DNA from: Mobula hypostoma
Lineage: Eukaryota
Length of the DNA stretch: 64,000 bases
Assembly (NCBI RefSeq): GCF_963921235.1
Contig: NC_086102.1
Span: 44,640,001 to 44,704,000 of the forward strand
Direction of reading: 5' to 3'
The position numbers and the translations under genes were made by a program. The notes below the pieces were generated by a model that saw only the letters and a list, made by a program, of their open reading frames with translations, searched no databases and was not told the DNA's origin. Shown in pieces: positions 13,850 to 26,600 of the stretch; the first letter of the stretch is position 1, and each line of letters begins with the position of its first letter.

Positions 13850-14810
13850 ACTTGTACATCAACGATTTGGATTATGGAATAGATGGCTTTGTGGCTAAGC
13901 TTGCTGATGATACGAAGATAGGTGGAGGGGCCGGTAGTGCTGAGGAAACAGAGAGTCTGCAGAGAGACTTGGATAGATTGGAAGAATGGGCAAAGGAGTG
14001 GCAAATGAAATACAATGTTGGGAAGTGTATGGTTATACACTTTGGCAGAAGAAATAAATGGGCAGACTATTATTTAAATGGGGAAAGAATTCAAAGTTCT
14101 GAGATGCAACGGGACTTGGGAGTCCTCATACAGGATACCCTTAAGGTTAACCTCCAGGTTGAGTCGGTAGTGAAGAAGGCGAATGCAATGTTGGCATTCA
14201 TCTCTAGAGTATAGGAGCAGGGATGTGACGTTAAGGCTCTATAAGGTGCTGGTGAGGCCTCACTTGGAGTACTGTGGGCAGTTTTGGTCTCCTTATTTAA
14301 GAAAGGATGTGCTGACGTTGGAGAGGGTTCAGAGAAGATTCACTAGAATGATTTCGGGAATGAAAGGGTTAACACATGAGGAACGTTTGTCCGCTCTTGG
14401 ACTGTATTCCTTGGAGTTTAGAAGAATGAGGGGAGACCTCATAGAAACATTTCAAATGTTGAAAGGCATGGACAGAGTGGATGTGGCAAAGTTGTTTCCC
14501 ATGATGGGGGAGTCTAGTACAAGAGGGCATGACTTAAGGATTGAAGGGCGCCCATTCAGAACAGAAATGCGAAAAAAAAAATTTTCATCAGAGGGTGGTG
14601 AATCTATGGAATTTGTTGCCACGGGCAGCAGTGGAGGCCAAGTCACTGGGTGTATTTAAGGCAGAGATTGATAGCCAGGGCATCAAAGGTTATGGTGAGA
14701 AGGCGGGGGAGTGGGACTAAATGGGAGAATGGATCAGCTCATGATAAAATGGCGGAGCAGACGATGGGCTGAATGGCCAACTTCTGCTCCTTTGTCTTAT
14801 GGTCTTATGA
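13850..14810 (+). mobile_element. CR1 LINE, 5'-truncated, RT C-terminus to 3' tail
   Basis: YINDLDYGIDGFVAKLADDTKIGG, RPHLEYCGQFWSPYLRKD; (TCTTATGG)n tail. Confidence 0.92.
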
Positions 14811-16157
14811 TATATTGTTCCGGCCTCCAAAGTGCCTACAGCAAAAATGATATGCACCGTGGTGAACAGGACAGCTACAGGCAATGAATGAGGCTTCACG
14901 AATGACTGCAAAGCTCAATAAACATTCTCACTTATGAAACCCAGGCACTTCAGACAGTGCTGGTCAGTGAGGTTCAGATTGGTGAAACTCCATCATTTCC
15001 TCTGTCCCAAAGACACCCACATGCTCGTGCAGCCAAACCATATCAAAAGGCATTTAAATCATCTCAGCTATCAACCTCCTTGACTCAGAAAAGGCCAAAA
15101 AAAAAACAAAGCTGTGAATAAATGCTTTAAAAAGGGCACACTTGCTGGATTTCTGGGGCAGTGGACTACTTGACTTGTTCATCTGTTTTTGAAGTTAATC
15201 TGTGTGTGGCCTGCCATCTCAATTTTAAGATACGTTTTTCCCATCCTGTTTTATGTCATCAGTTAATCTTACACAGACAGAAAATACTATAAATTGCTGA
15301 ATACTACTGGGAGCTCTTTCTCAACACCACACAAGGCAAAGAACCACAAATGCATCTGCAGAGTTTCACAACCCCTTTTTTAGCATTGCCTTGTGAAGAA
15401 ATTGTGTGATCTCCTCTCCGTAAATGGGAAGTTAAAAAAGCAAACGTAGATTGTATTCACCAACTCCTCTGCAAATGGACAGTTTTAGTCTGGACTGAAT
15501 ACCACAAGGCGCCTAAATTATGTTGCATTAATAATCTCCAATAGCGATAATGGCCTCTCAGTGGGTGGAAAGAGGTCAGCGCTGATGTTAAACATTCTTT
15601 GTTCCTTTGTTGGTTATTTCCACCTCTCGATTTAAAAAATAGATATATTGAATGAAGCACCACAATCTTGAGCCTGAATGTAGAACTGGGCTTTTCAGGT
15701 TTAAAACCTATTGCAGATCCCCTGCTTTTCCGGTATGTGATAGGTGACCTACCCTGGCTTCCATCTATCTGCATTGTAAATAGGGGGATAAAAAAAAAAT
15801 CAGCCATGTTGGGGTAGATTGTGAGCTAAATGGCTTAATTCCGCTCCTATGTTTTAGGGTGTTAATATTACAAAAGCATCAAAGGACCATCATAAAGTGT
15901 TATTTGCTATTGCATTCCATTGCCTAACTCTGCTGTAACACAAAGACCTCTTTAACATATTAGACCTCTTTAGCAGATTAGATGTAGAGCTCAGATATTC
16001 TGCTTGAATTTGGATGTTTGTTTTGAGTTATTTCCTTTGTGCAACGCATTATACCATAAGTGCACATATTTTATGCTCATTCCCACATTTCATCACTCAC
16101 TTACCTTCCATCAGTTAAAATTATGCCATTCTCTCTAAAATAAGTGACAGAATCAAA

Positions 16158-16181
16158 TTTATTTTATTTCCTGACTTTATT
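16158..16181 (-). promoter_or_regulatory. Candidate distal polyadenylation signal cluster (3x AATAAA)
   Basis: Three AATAAA within 24 nt on the minus strand, at the end of a long AT-rich, repeat-poor stretch. Confidence 0.3.
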
Positions 16182-19160
16182 TTTGTAAGATTAAAATTTA
16201 CAGCAGTATATCCTTGAAAACATAAGACATAATTATAAATTTGAAATTAAAAGCAACATAAAATAAATTGTTTTTCTTTGAAAGTCACAGAAGCCCATAT
16301 ATATCAAGTATTGCAGACATATAAAATCAGATGCTGGTCACAATGTCTGGAGTTCATTTAATATTCTCCCGTGGCAGCAATTTATCTTTCTTCTTGTACA
16401 TTCTAAAATTATAGTCCAGAACATTCTGGTCAAAAAGAGGTGTATTAAAGCAGCACCTTCAAAGGTGGTGGTGCGAGGTGGGAACACACCAAGGTTAGTA
16501 CAAGGACATCTAGCACAAATTTCTATTTAATAGCATAGTCAAAGTCCACATTTGGATATTCAATATGTACATTGGTGCAGTTCAAGAGTGTGGACAAAAT
16601 TGGCCTACGTTCTTCCTGACTGTTGGAAGTGAAAAGAAATATCCTTTGGGTTGCTGGCAGCTTCTGTGACAATGCAATTTATAGACAGACGTGGGGGACC
16701 AAGAACACTGGAACTATATCATGCTTAATCACAGGACCCAGGCAAATTTGACAATCATATATAAAATAAAAAAATAAAACAAATGGTTGTGCTACACAGA
16801 AACTTCTAGTTCGAAGCCTTTTGCTGAGAAATGAGTGCTAAATCTAATTTTGCTGCCTGAGTTATTTCAAGACACGGCCTTCATTTAAGTGCTAGGGCTG
16901 GCCGGAAATCCTACCACAACACATTAGTGCTGGGACGGAAACGCATTCTCCAAGCATCACCCACTCAACCGTCCACCAATTTTTCACCCCACCCATCCAA
17001 AGTTCCCACCAAAAAAACTAGATTAGTTTCCCAGACATGTCCCCTCAAGAACAGCTCAATGGGTCATTCATAAAAAGATGGAGCTTATGTGTCACGTGTA
17101 CTGCTGAAATGTACCATGCATTTGCTTCACCCTAGTCAGGTGGCTCTGATTTACCAACTATCATAAAGCTCTTGGCTGCCACCCCCTCTGTGACTGCACA
17201 GAGTCTGTTTGGACCACAGACAGAATTGGCAAACTAATTCGCAGTCCTCTTCCTCCACCACCCCACACCCCCTTAGACTTCAGATGTGTCGTTGATACCA
17301 TGTAGGAAACAAGCCATCAAGTATTGAACTAAGGGCACTACAACTCTTCTAACTATGTTCCTGCTTTTGAGCTTTCCAGTAACTAACTAGTAAAGACTGC
17401 AACTGATTCTACTGCGTGCTTTGAAAGAAGTAGGTGTAAAAAGTTTGGATGATTGTAAATTTCACTGATAGTGCCATTCTTATTTTACTTTTTGACGTAG
17501 ATATCTTCCAGAAACAATTTGACTGCCAATCGGGACCCTGTCCGGGCAGTGGTGCCTGGCTATATTCCATGTCAACAAGCAGAATGGGTCACCTGAACAA
17601 TGATGTCCATTGATCTCCTTGATACACTTTCTTGCATTTCTTTAGCCAAATGTAATGGATATTATGGAGAGTTTTATAAAACAATTCTGCATCATTAATT
17701 TTGTCTTTAGCTGGCAATGGGCAGGGAATTCTGTGCAGGTAATTAGCAATTTTCCCCTATTCCACAGATGTGGTTGTACTTGTGTATCAATTTGATTTTT
17801 CCTTCTGTCTCTAATTATCTTTCTTAAAAACTTATTATTACTTTGATGAGCTTGCTCATAGATATTTTCTGTGTTTGCTCTGCACCCCTCCCCCATCTCT
17901 GCAACTTCTCACATGCTCACTCCTTCCACATTTCCAGTTCTGATCAAAATCTCGTGACACAAAATGTTGTGACTCTGTTCCTCTCCCTATGGATGCTGCC
18001 TGACCGGTTGAATGTTTTCAGCTTTTTACTTGCGTCTGTGGAGAATGCTATAGTCTTGTTGCTCCTGAGATAAACTATAACCAAATGCTTGTTTACTTCT
18101 AAACATAATATTTGACAGGTTGCATACCTGCACCAACAACCCTGATATCTTCTAGTGCTGAGAAGATTGGCACAAACACTAAGAAAGTCCCTATAATAAG
18201 AGCGGGAAATGTTATCTTTTTCAAATCCCTTTGATGATCTCTTTGTGCTTAACACATTTCCTTTGGGCTCAACCAATGGACAGGCAGAGCATCATTCTGC
18301 AATGGGAATTGCCCAAGATACAATTTGCACTTACTTAAATCTGCTATATTACCCTTTTCCATATTTATCACTCTTTCATGTTTAAAGCAATGGGCTAAAA
18401 AAAAGCCACAGATATCTTAAAAAAGTGACATTTCTCTATAAAAATACAAAAATATTAAACAGTAATAAACCTATGTAACTACAAAAATATTCAATATAAT
18501 CCAAGATCTTTGTTTGACCCATTAAGTTCTTCATCCACTCCACTTAAAGTATCTCTCAGCCTGCCATCACAAAGTCATTAACGAAATACAAATTGTATTT
18601 TCCCCATATAGATCCCCCCCACTCCAAGTTTTAACTTGTATCAAATTACACAAGGGTTCATTTTGAATACTGATGACACAGTGCCTCCAGGACTCTGTGC
18701 ACTAGAGTCTAACTTTGTCATCTATCAATTGAAATTTCTTTCTTTTGCTTCCCTTGAACATGAAGGGAATAAAGGGATTGGAAAACTGAGCGGTCTAGGA
18801 TGTTCAAGCTACAGGATTAGCCAGGGTCTTATGGAATTGTGGGAGTAGGTTCCAGGGAGCACATGGGCTATTCCTGTTGGGCTTTTGCCTGGATTCGATC
18901 TACCATATCCTATAGGTCTCTTTTTCTGTATTGCTTCCTGTGTTTTATATATCAAGAATAACATTAGCCATAGTACACTTGGTGAGATCTGACCTTTGCC
19001 TTTGAACATTCAGTGTATCATCCACCAAGTTATTCTCTATATTTAGAAATTATATTAAGAAATATAATTCATGAGTTGGACATAAGCTGAACAAGTCCAA
19101 TTATGACATAATGTTTTTCAATTGCTCACCCAACCCAGTACTCTGATTATCTAGAGAAGT

Positions 19161-19166
19161 TTTATT
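19161..19166 (-). promoter_or_regulatory. Candidate proximal polyadenylation signal (AATAAA) of the CD101-like gene
   Basis: First AATAAA on the minus strand after the stop (about 450 nt downstream), with a GU-rich stretch further downstream. Motif evidence only. Confidence 0.3.
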
Positions 19167-19614
19167 GCCTCTTGCTCTAGATTTGGGGCAATGGGGACAA
19201 GAATTTCAAAACATGAGAAGGACTGAAAAAAATATTTGCAAAAATGTGGCATACACTTTAAATTTAGGAAGGGAAATACGCAAGTAGAAGAACATTTAAG
19301 ACTGGCAATAATAAAATAAACTCAATTAGACAATAGAAGTCCAAGAATCATGAGGGAAGCTGAACTTTCAAGTCTATTCTGACAATCAGTAAAATTATGT
19401 TTTTACATCTCTCATATGGCAAGAGGTGCCAATGCCAATTTTAAAATAAGCATAACTAATAAGCAAACTGGATAGTTTCAGATTTCTTGTTTGTTTTAAT
19501 GTTTCTTTTGGTTTGGCACTTGTGTGAACTTTTCACTAGCACACATTATTTTGCTGCTATTTGTGACATGATTTCTCCAGCAAAAATGGCATGGTATTAA
19601 AATAATTCTATACA

Positions 19615-19832
19615 TTATATTACACTTGCATCTACTTCATTTTTTGGCTCTCTAATGATTGTTTCAATTGGTGTCCATAGACTATTTTGCTGAGGAGTTT
19701 TCTTCGGCTTCCTTGGATGCCAGTAAAAATATGCGGCAAGAATTATAAGAGCCACGAAGATTATGAATGGGTAGACAAATAGGAAGTAGAAGAATGGCGG
19801 TGAGGCACAGGCCTTTGAGTGAAGAGTAGGAC
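19615..19832 (-). CDS. CD101/IGSF3-like last coding exon: stalk, TM helix and cytoplasmic tail (GPTLHSKACASPPFFYFLFVYPFIIFVALIILAAYFYWHPRKPKKTPQQNSLWTPIETIIREPKNEVDASVI*)
   Basis: Not in the ORF track; found by hand. Acceptor ctcctttatttctag|GT, phase 1; hydrophobic stretch followed by a basic cluster; TAA stop at 19615-19617; PTL...C...FYF.F.YPF resembles the IGSF3/CD101 TM exon. Confidence 0.9.
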
Positions 19833-20566
19833 CTAGAAATAAAGGAGCACAAAATTAGAAATTACATTCTTTGCAACAATAAACCATATAACTTAAAATA
19901 CTTCCCTTTTAGTTCCTGAATATTTATTTTTATAAGACACATTTTCTACTCAGGATCAGAATTAGTCATCCAGTATTTGGATATTGTACCACTTGAGTGT
20001 TTTGACAGTACAGCCCCACACCAATTTGGCACCAGTCTGAAGACATGGTGGATAATAGAAAAGGCTCTGCATGAGTTTATGCACACAAGAACCGCTCCAC
20101 TAGCCGCGTTCTTACAGCTTGCTAATTTTGGGGCAGAGATGTCAGAGTCAAAAGTAGCTTGAGGATTGAGAGATAGAGTAGACTTCCACTTCCATTTCCA
20201 GTGAAATCCTGGCTCAGTACAAATTGACTAGGCCATCTGTAGATACACTCATGCAAATCATTACTGTGTAGTAAATTCTAAATATGTAAAAAGTGCCAAG
20301 TAGTACTTGACAATTGTTTCAGCAATAAATAAATGGACAAAGAATTGAGAGCAGCAATTAATAACTTAATAACGCCACTGAAATATAATTGGAGCAGAAT
20401 ATATCAAAGTAATAGGTATATCAAACTGGTAAGGTTCTGGTAAATCCAGACATTCAATATAATCTTTGAATTTACTGATTGAAGAGAGGAAAGTCACACA
20501 AGCACAGCAGTGGTTCAAAGAAGCTGACTGCATTTCTTGGAGGTTTTGTTTTGAGACAACACTGTG

Positions 20567-20602
<36 letters not shown>

Positions 20603-23600
20603 CTCTGATAGTCAATGCAATCAAATGCTGAGCCTTCACAGGCCTCAACTGTGCTGAATGATGCCAGGAGATCACCTATTACCCACCCTCACCTTCATTC
20701 TAATGCTGAACTGTGCCTTCACATCTGGTCTTTGTGTCCACAAACCCACTAGTCCCATTCCCAGGCCTTCTGGAATTGCTTTGCATGGAGACAGCGGGTA
20801 AAGAAAAGACATTTCCAAGTGCAAGGTGGATTCGATAGCTCTGATAACTTTGGCTTACACGACAACACATGGGAGTACTTCACCAGAAGGACTGCACCAA
20901 CTTCTCAATGGAAGTTCGGGCAGGACAAGAAATATTGATCTTGCCGGTAACATCCAGAACTAAACAAAAAGTCACCTAAGCAACAGCGGTGAATCAGTGG
21001 TGCCATAATGTCCAGATAATTCTCCAGAGTAAGTGGCCTAATGTGTTGCACAGACTCAAAGCTATGGTGGGATCAGATAAGAAGAATGTCTCTCAGAGTA
21101 ACAAGTCAGATGAATTTAGCTGTTTTACTTCAAGGACTTAATATGACAAGTAAGCTAGATTTCCCTCGGCAGCTGCCAGAGAAGCAGTTTACATTTGTTC
21201 TACAAACCCCATCACCTTCAAGTGTGCAAATTCCTTTAATGTGGATCTTGCCCCACCCATAGGTAAGCCTGCTCCTTCCCAAGGGGTAAAACTGTGAGGA
21301 CAGTTGGGTACAGTTCTTTGGAAGACTCAAAGTGGCAGAGCACCACAACAGCACTGACTCATCAGGACGAAAGATTCCAGTTCATCTAACTAACCATATT
21401 GCAAAATCAAGCTGCAAAGTGAAGTAGTTCCATTGCCCAGAGATCATCTAAAGGCAAATAGCAAAGCTCCACACCTTTCCATTTAGCTGTAGCGTACAAT
21501 AGAAATACTCTTCAAATACTGCTATCCCAACAAATGACCACATTTTTAATGCTAATGATCCCATTCTATCGTACCAAATAGAGCAGGGTCAGTGAGATGT
21601 TTAAAGCAAAAGGAAACTACTGAATAATGAAGCATTAGCTGGAATAAAGAGCTCTCTGAATGATTATGTGCATTTCAAAGGGAATTATGTAAGAAGTAAT
21701 TACATTACATGTCAAAAGCCAGTGAGAACACTAGATTTGGTCTTGTTTCATTTGTCTGGAGCCCCGAGGAAGTATCAATGTCGACAGTACTTCAATATTG
21801 GTACATAGTAACTGATATTGGCACCAACATCTGTCATACACCTGGCCCTGACACACTTAGTAAATGAGGACACTTATGTAAGAATGCTTTCCTGAATTTC
21901 AGTTCAGCATTCTACACTATTGTCCTACAGACCTTGGAGAACAAACTCCTACTTCTCGGTCTAAATACACCACTGTGCAACTGAGTTTTGGACTTCCTAA
22001 TGAACAGACCTCACATAGTCAGGATGTACAGCCGCTCCTCCCTTCCCATCATCCTCAACACAGATGTCCCCCAGGGCCATGTGCTGAGCTCATTGCTGTA
22101 CATTCTACTTACATATCACTGCACAGCCAAAGGCCTGAGCAATCACACCACCAAGTTCACCGATGACAAGTCAGTGCAGTGGCTCACCACCAACAACAAT
22201 GAGACGGCCAAGAGCAGAGGGTGAAGAGCTCAAGGCCTGGTGCCAGACAAATAGCCTCTTCCTTAATGTCAGCAAGACTAAGGAGTTAGTCATCAGCTTC
22301 AGGAGAACTCGCATCCCATCACAACACCCTTTACATCGGTGACACAGCAGTGGAAACAGCAAGCAGTTTCCAACTTCTGAGAGTTCACATCTCACGTAAC
22401 CTCTCATTGTCCCAGGACATGAAAGCACACCAGTTCCTCTACTTTCTGAACAGGCTGAAGAGAGCTGGACTGTGTCCATCTATACTCACGCCATACGACA
22501 GATGCACAGTAAGAGCACGCTGACAAGCTGCCTCACTACTTGGTACGGTGCCTGCACTACAACGGACTGGAAGGCTCTACAACAGCCCAAAGCATCACTG
22601 GCACCAGTATACTCGCAATCAAGGACATGTATGCAGAAAGGTGCCAGAAAAGGGCCAGTGACATCGTGGAGGATCTCACTCACCCTGCTCATGGACTCTT
22701 TGTCCCATTCCCATCAGGGAGGAGTCTAAGTAACACCCACACCAGGACCACCAGGTTCAAGAACAGTTACTTTCTCAAAGCAGTAAGACTGATCAACACT
22801 TGCACCCACTAACTCCACCATCACATTATCATTTCCTGTCAGTCACTTTTTCTACAGTCTAGCATCACTTTATAGGCATATAATCTATGCGTACAATCTA
22901 TCTTTTGTACCTATATTTACTGTATTTTTAATTATTATTGTGTTCCTCATCTTTTGTGGTTTTTTTGTGCCACATAGGGTCCAAAATAACAATTATTTCA
23001 TTCTCCTTTACACATGTACAGGAAATTACATTAACCAATCTTAGATCTTGAACATAGCTATACCACTAATAAAAGTTAATTAGTATTTGATGTATTCCCA
23101 GTCTGTAAATAAATTAGAAGTGATGAATAAAAAGAAAACTAGAATAATTGCAAGAGATTTCAACTACCTGAAATTAATTGTTAGAAGCACTGGCCAAAGA
23201 GCTAGGGGAAACCAAGTTCCTACAATAATTATAGGGCTCCTTTTCATCAGACCAACAACTCTTTCAACTTGCGCAATCACCCCATTAGCAACTTAACATC
23301 TTTGCTATCACAGGTCTTCCTTAACATGCATTCCTCCCCTCCCTCTGTCTGCATCGTAAAGCCTTGTTCTCTAACTCTCTCCTGGTGTGATGAAAGGTCT
23401 TGACTGGAATATTGATTCTATTTTCATTTCTACACAGACGTCCCTTGTCTTGGTGAATATTATCAGTTTTTTCTTGTTTTTTTAATGTAAGAGTTCTGGA
23501 TGATTCACTATTGGATCATGCCACAGAGAATGAGGAGAAAACAGAAGAGAAAGTAAGTGAACATTTCAGCAATAGCAACACAGACAACATGCTGGAGGAA

Positions 23601-26600
23601 CCCAGCAGCCCCGGCAGCACCTATGGAAAAAAGTACGGTCGACGTTTCGGGCCGAAACTCTTCAGCAGGACTGGAGAGAAAAAGTGAAGGAGTAGTTTTA
23701 AAAAGGTTGCGGTGGGGGAGGAAGAGGTCATCCCTCCCCCTTCAGGTTTCACCTGTCACCTGGCGTTTCTCCCTCCCCTACCCCCACCTTTTAAAATCTA
23801 TTCCTCAACTCAGATTTCCAGCATCTGCCGATTTTCTCTTGTTTGTGATTTAAGCAATAGTGACATTGTAAGCCCTTTAAGATAATTATGGAGGACATAG
23901 GCAAGATAAAGACTGGAGAATACACAAGGCTGAGGGGATAAGAATAGAACCAGGTCGTAAACATGTAAAATATTATTAGCAAAGAATGAGATAGCACAAC
24001 AATGGGGAGTATTTAAATTAGTCCAGGAAAATATACACTACTTGAAAAAACACAAGAAGAAACTACATTTCAATGAAGCACCACTGATGAATAAAGATGC
24101 AAGAGGAAATAAATTAGCAGATGGAAAGAGTCAAATTATATACATGAGCAGCAGGGGAGGGCATGACAAAACATCAGGAGAGAATTTTTTAAAAATCAAT
24201 TAGGATGACAAAACAACAGCAAGGATTAAGTTGTCAACAGATAAAAATTCTAACCGTAGAAGATTCTCCAACATCAATAAATAAAGTTGCAATACCAATG
24301 AGACCCTTCCTTTGGTGTTTATCAGGGAACATGATCAGTCAAAAATGACATCAACACACAAGATTAAAATTACATAACTACATTTAAAATAAAAAGAGAA
24401 ACATTAAATAAATTAGTCAAATAAAGAGAATCAAAGCCATAATCTGAACGGATTACTCTACTGTGTGAAAGGAATCCAGGGAACAGTTACCACAGCATAA
24501 TTACACAAGTATAACCATTAGTTTAAAAAAGAGGGCCTAAACACTAGCTCGACTATTGTGATATTTGAAAACGGAAGTAGAGAAGGTCCAGGGAACAATA
24601 GTCCTATTAGCTTAATTTCAGTGATAGGAAAAGTCATGGAATTCCTTTGGAAGAACATTGAGGTGAAAGAATGATGATGATAGCTGGTTCTTTGCTTACA
24701 GGATCAGGAGGGAAATCTCTGTCACTGCAGGACTTTTCTTCCTGCATGTGCTGCGTAGGTTTATAGTGAGGATCGGTGCGCATAGACCGATTCCGCTCCT
24801 TCGGCTGGGGGACATTCCACAATGGCACAGCCAGCTGCGATGACTTTGGCAACCACAAGACTGTAGGTTGAGTATTGGAGTTTTCCTTCTCCTAGACAGA
24901 CTGCCTGGCACGGCTAACAAGTCCCATCTACCTGGATTCGGAATCAAGAGTTGTCCTTCTCCTAGGCTGGCTGCCAATCAAGACTGATGAGCCCAGCCAG
25001 TTATACCGCTGGACACTCTGTCACGCCATGACATGGCAAACTCAGTAAGAACAGGGACACCATGTGAAAGCGTTGCTATGGACACAGTAGTTTAGGAGGG
25101 GCTGTACACCAGTAACCTACTGCATGGCAACCTAAACAGTGGACCTGTGGCAATCACTAAACCTGGAAAGCAGAGACTACGGAAGATGCTTCACCTTCCT
25201 TAAGTGAGCAGGACATCCAGCCCAGGATTCACCCATCAGTGCTAATTTCACAGCAGAGAATTAGACTCTACCTCAATGGATTCATTGAAAATGTAAACGA
25301 AGAGGAGGCTGCCACAGTCGTATGTTATCTAGATCTCCAATAGCTTCTGAAATGGTTCTACATTGAAACTAAAAAAGTAGTGCATGTGGCATTAGGGGGA
25401 TATGAAGCAACTGGATAAAGGGTAAAGGGTAGAGGAAGACAAGACAGTGAATGTTTTGACTTTGGAGTCATAAATATAATTGTTAAGTTCAGTGATGACA
25501 CAACGTTATTGAGCTTAAGTCCCAGGTAAGGAGTGTAGCAGGATATAAACCATCTTGCAAAGTAGGCATATAATTGGCACAAGTGAATTTCTACACATAG
25601 AGTCATAGAAAAATACAGCACAGAAACAGTCCCTTTGGCCCATCTAGTCCATGCCGACCCATTTAATCTGCCTAGTCCCATCGGCCTGTACCTGTACCAT
25701 AGCCCTCCATTGCTCTGCCATCCATATACGACTCATTTTCATTTCCTACTGATTATTTGTGGAATTGACCAGGAGGAATGAGCAGATTTTGCAATACAAA
25801 TACTCAAATCATAATCTCTGTCAAAAAGTGAACTAAACTTATATATTTATTTACTTCTGGGGAGTGTGACGAGAATACACATAAAATTAAGATGTTTGCT
25901 GGCCTGGGCTAGCATCAGTGGCACCAGCAGTTGGTCTGCCACCTGCCCTCAGGGGAAGGAGAGATAAGGAACAATGGAGCAGCGTCTGGAGATGTGTAAT
26001 GAAGGGACGGGAGAGAGAGCTGTCTGGAGCGGCTTCCCCTTTGAACCCTGAACTGTTTGAAGTGATGGACAGGCGATACCCCAGCAGGGGGATAAAAAGG
26101 GACCGGTTTGCTAAGGCAACACACACGACACCCGAGGTAACGAGACCCTGGAAGTGGTACGCCTCTCATGAGTCGGTGAGAAATACCAGACAACGCCCGG
26201 GGTGGAAAGGTACGATCAGCGGGAACCCGGTGTGTGTCCGCCCTTGCCTGGGTGCCGGGTTCACTGCAGAGGATCGACCGCATCTGGAGGAGGGGTCACA
26301 GTCGGTGACCTCAGGTGACATCACCAAGGACCCGCCCAAAAGCTGTTTGTGAGCCATATCGCCGGTCTGTGAGTGAAGCCGTTCTGAATGATCAGTTGTT
26401 CCTGTTCTATCTCTCTCTTCCCCCACGTTGTCCATCGCCATGGCAATGATTACTGCGAACTGAACTACTAACCTGGACTGAACTTTGAGTCACTTTGAAA
26501 TTTGGTCATTTACCCGTAGACAACGATAGAGCTTGATTGATGCTGTTATCTTAATTCTGTGCACATGTGTGTTTATCATCGCTGAATTGTTGCATTTATT

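Noticed and set aside
25887-26441. Several 79-144-aa overlapping ORFs as genes
   Set aside because: All lie inside the GC-rich solo LTR, with no protein motifs.
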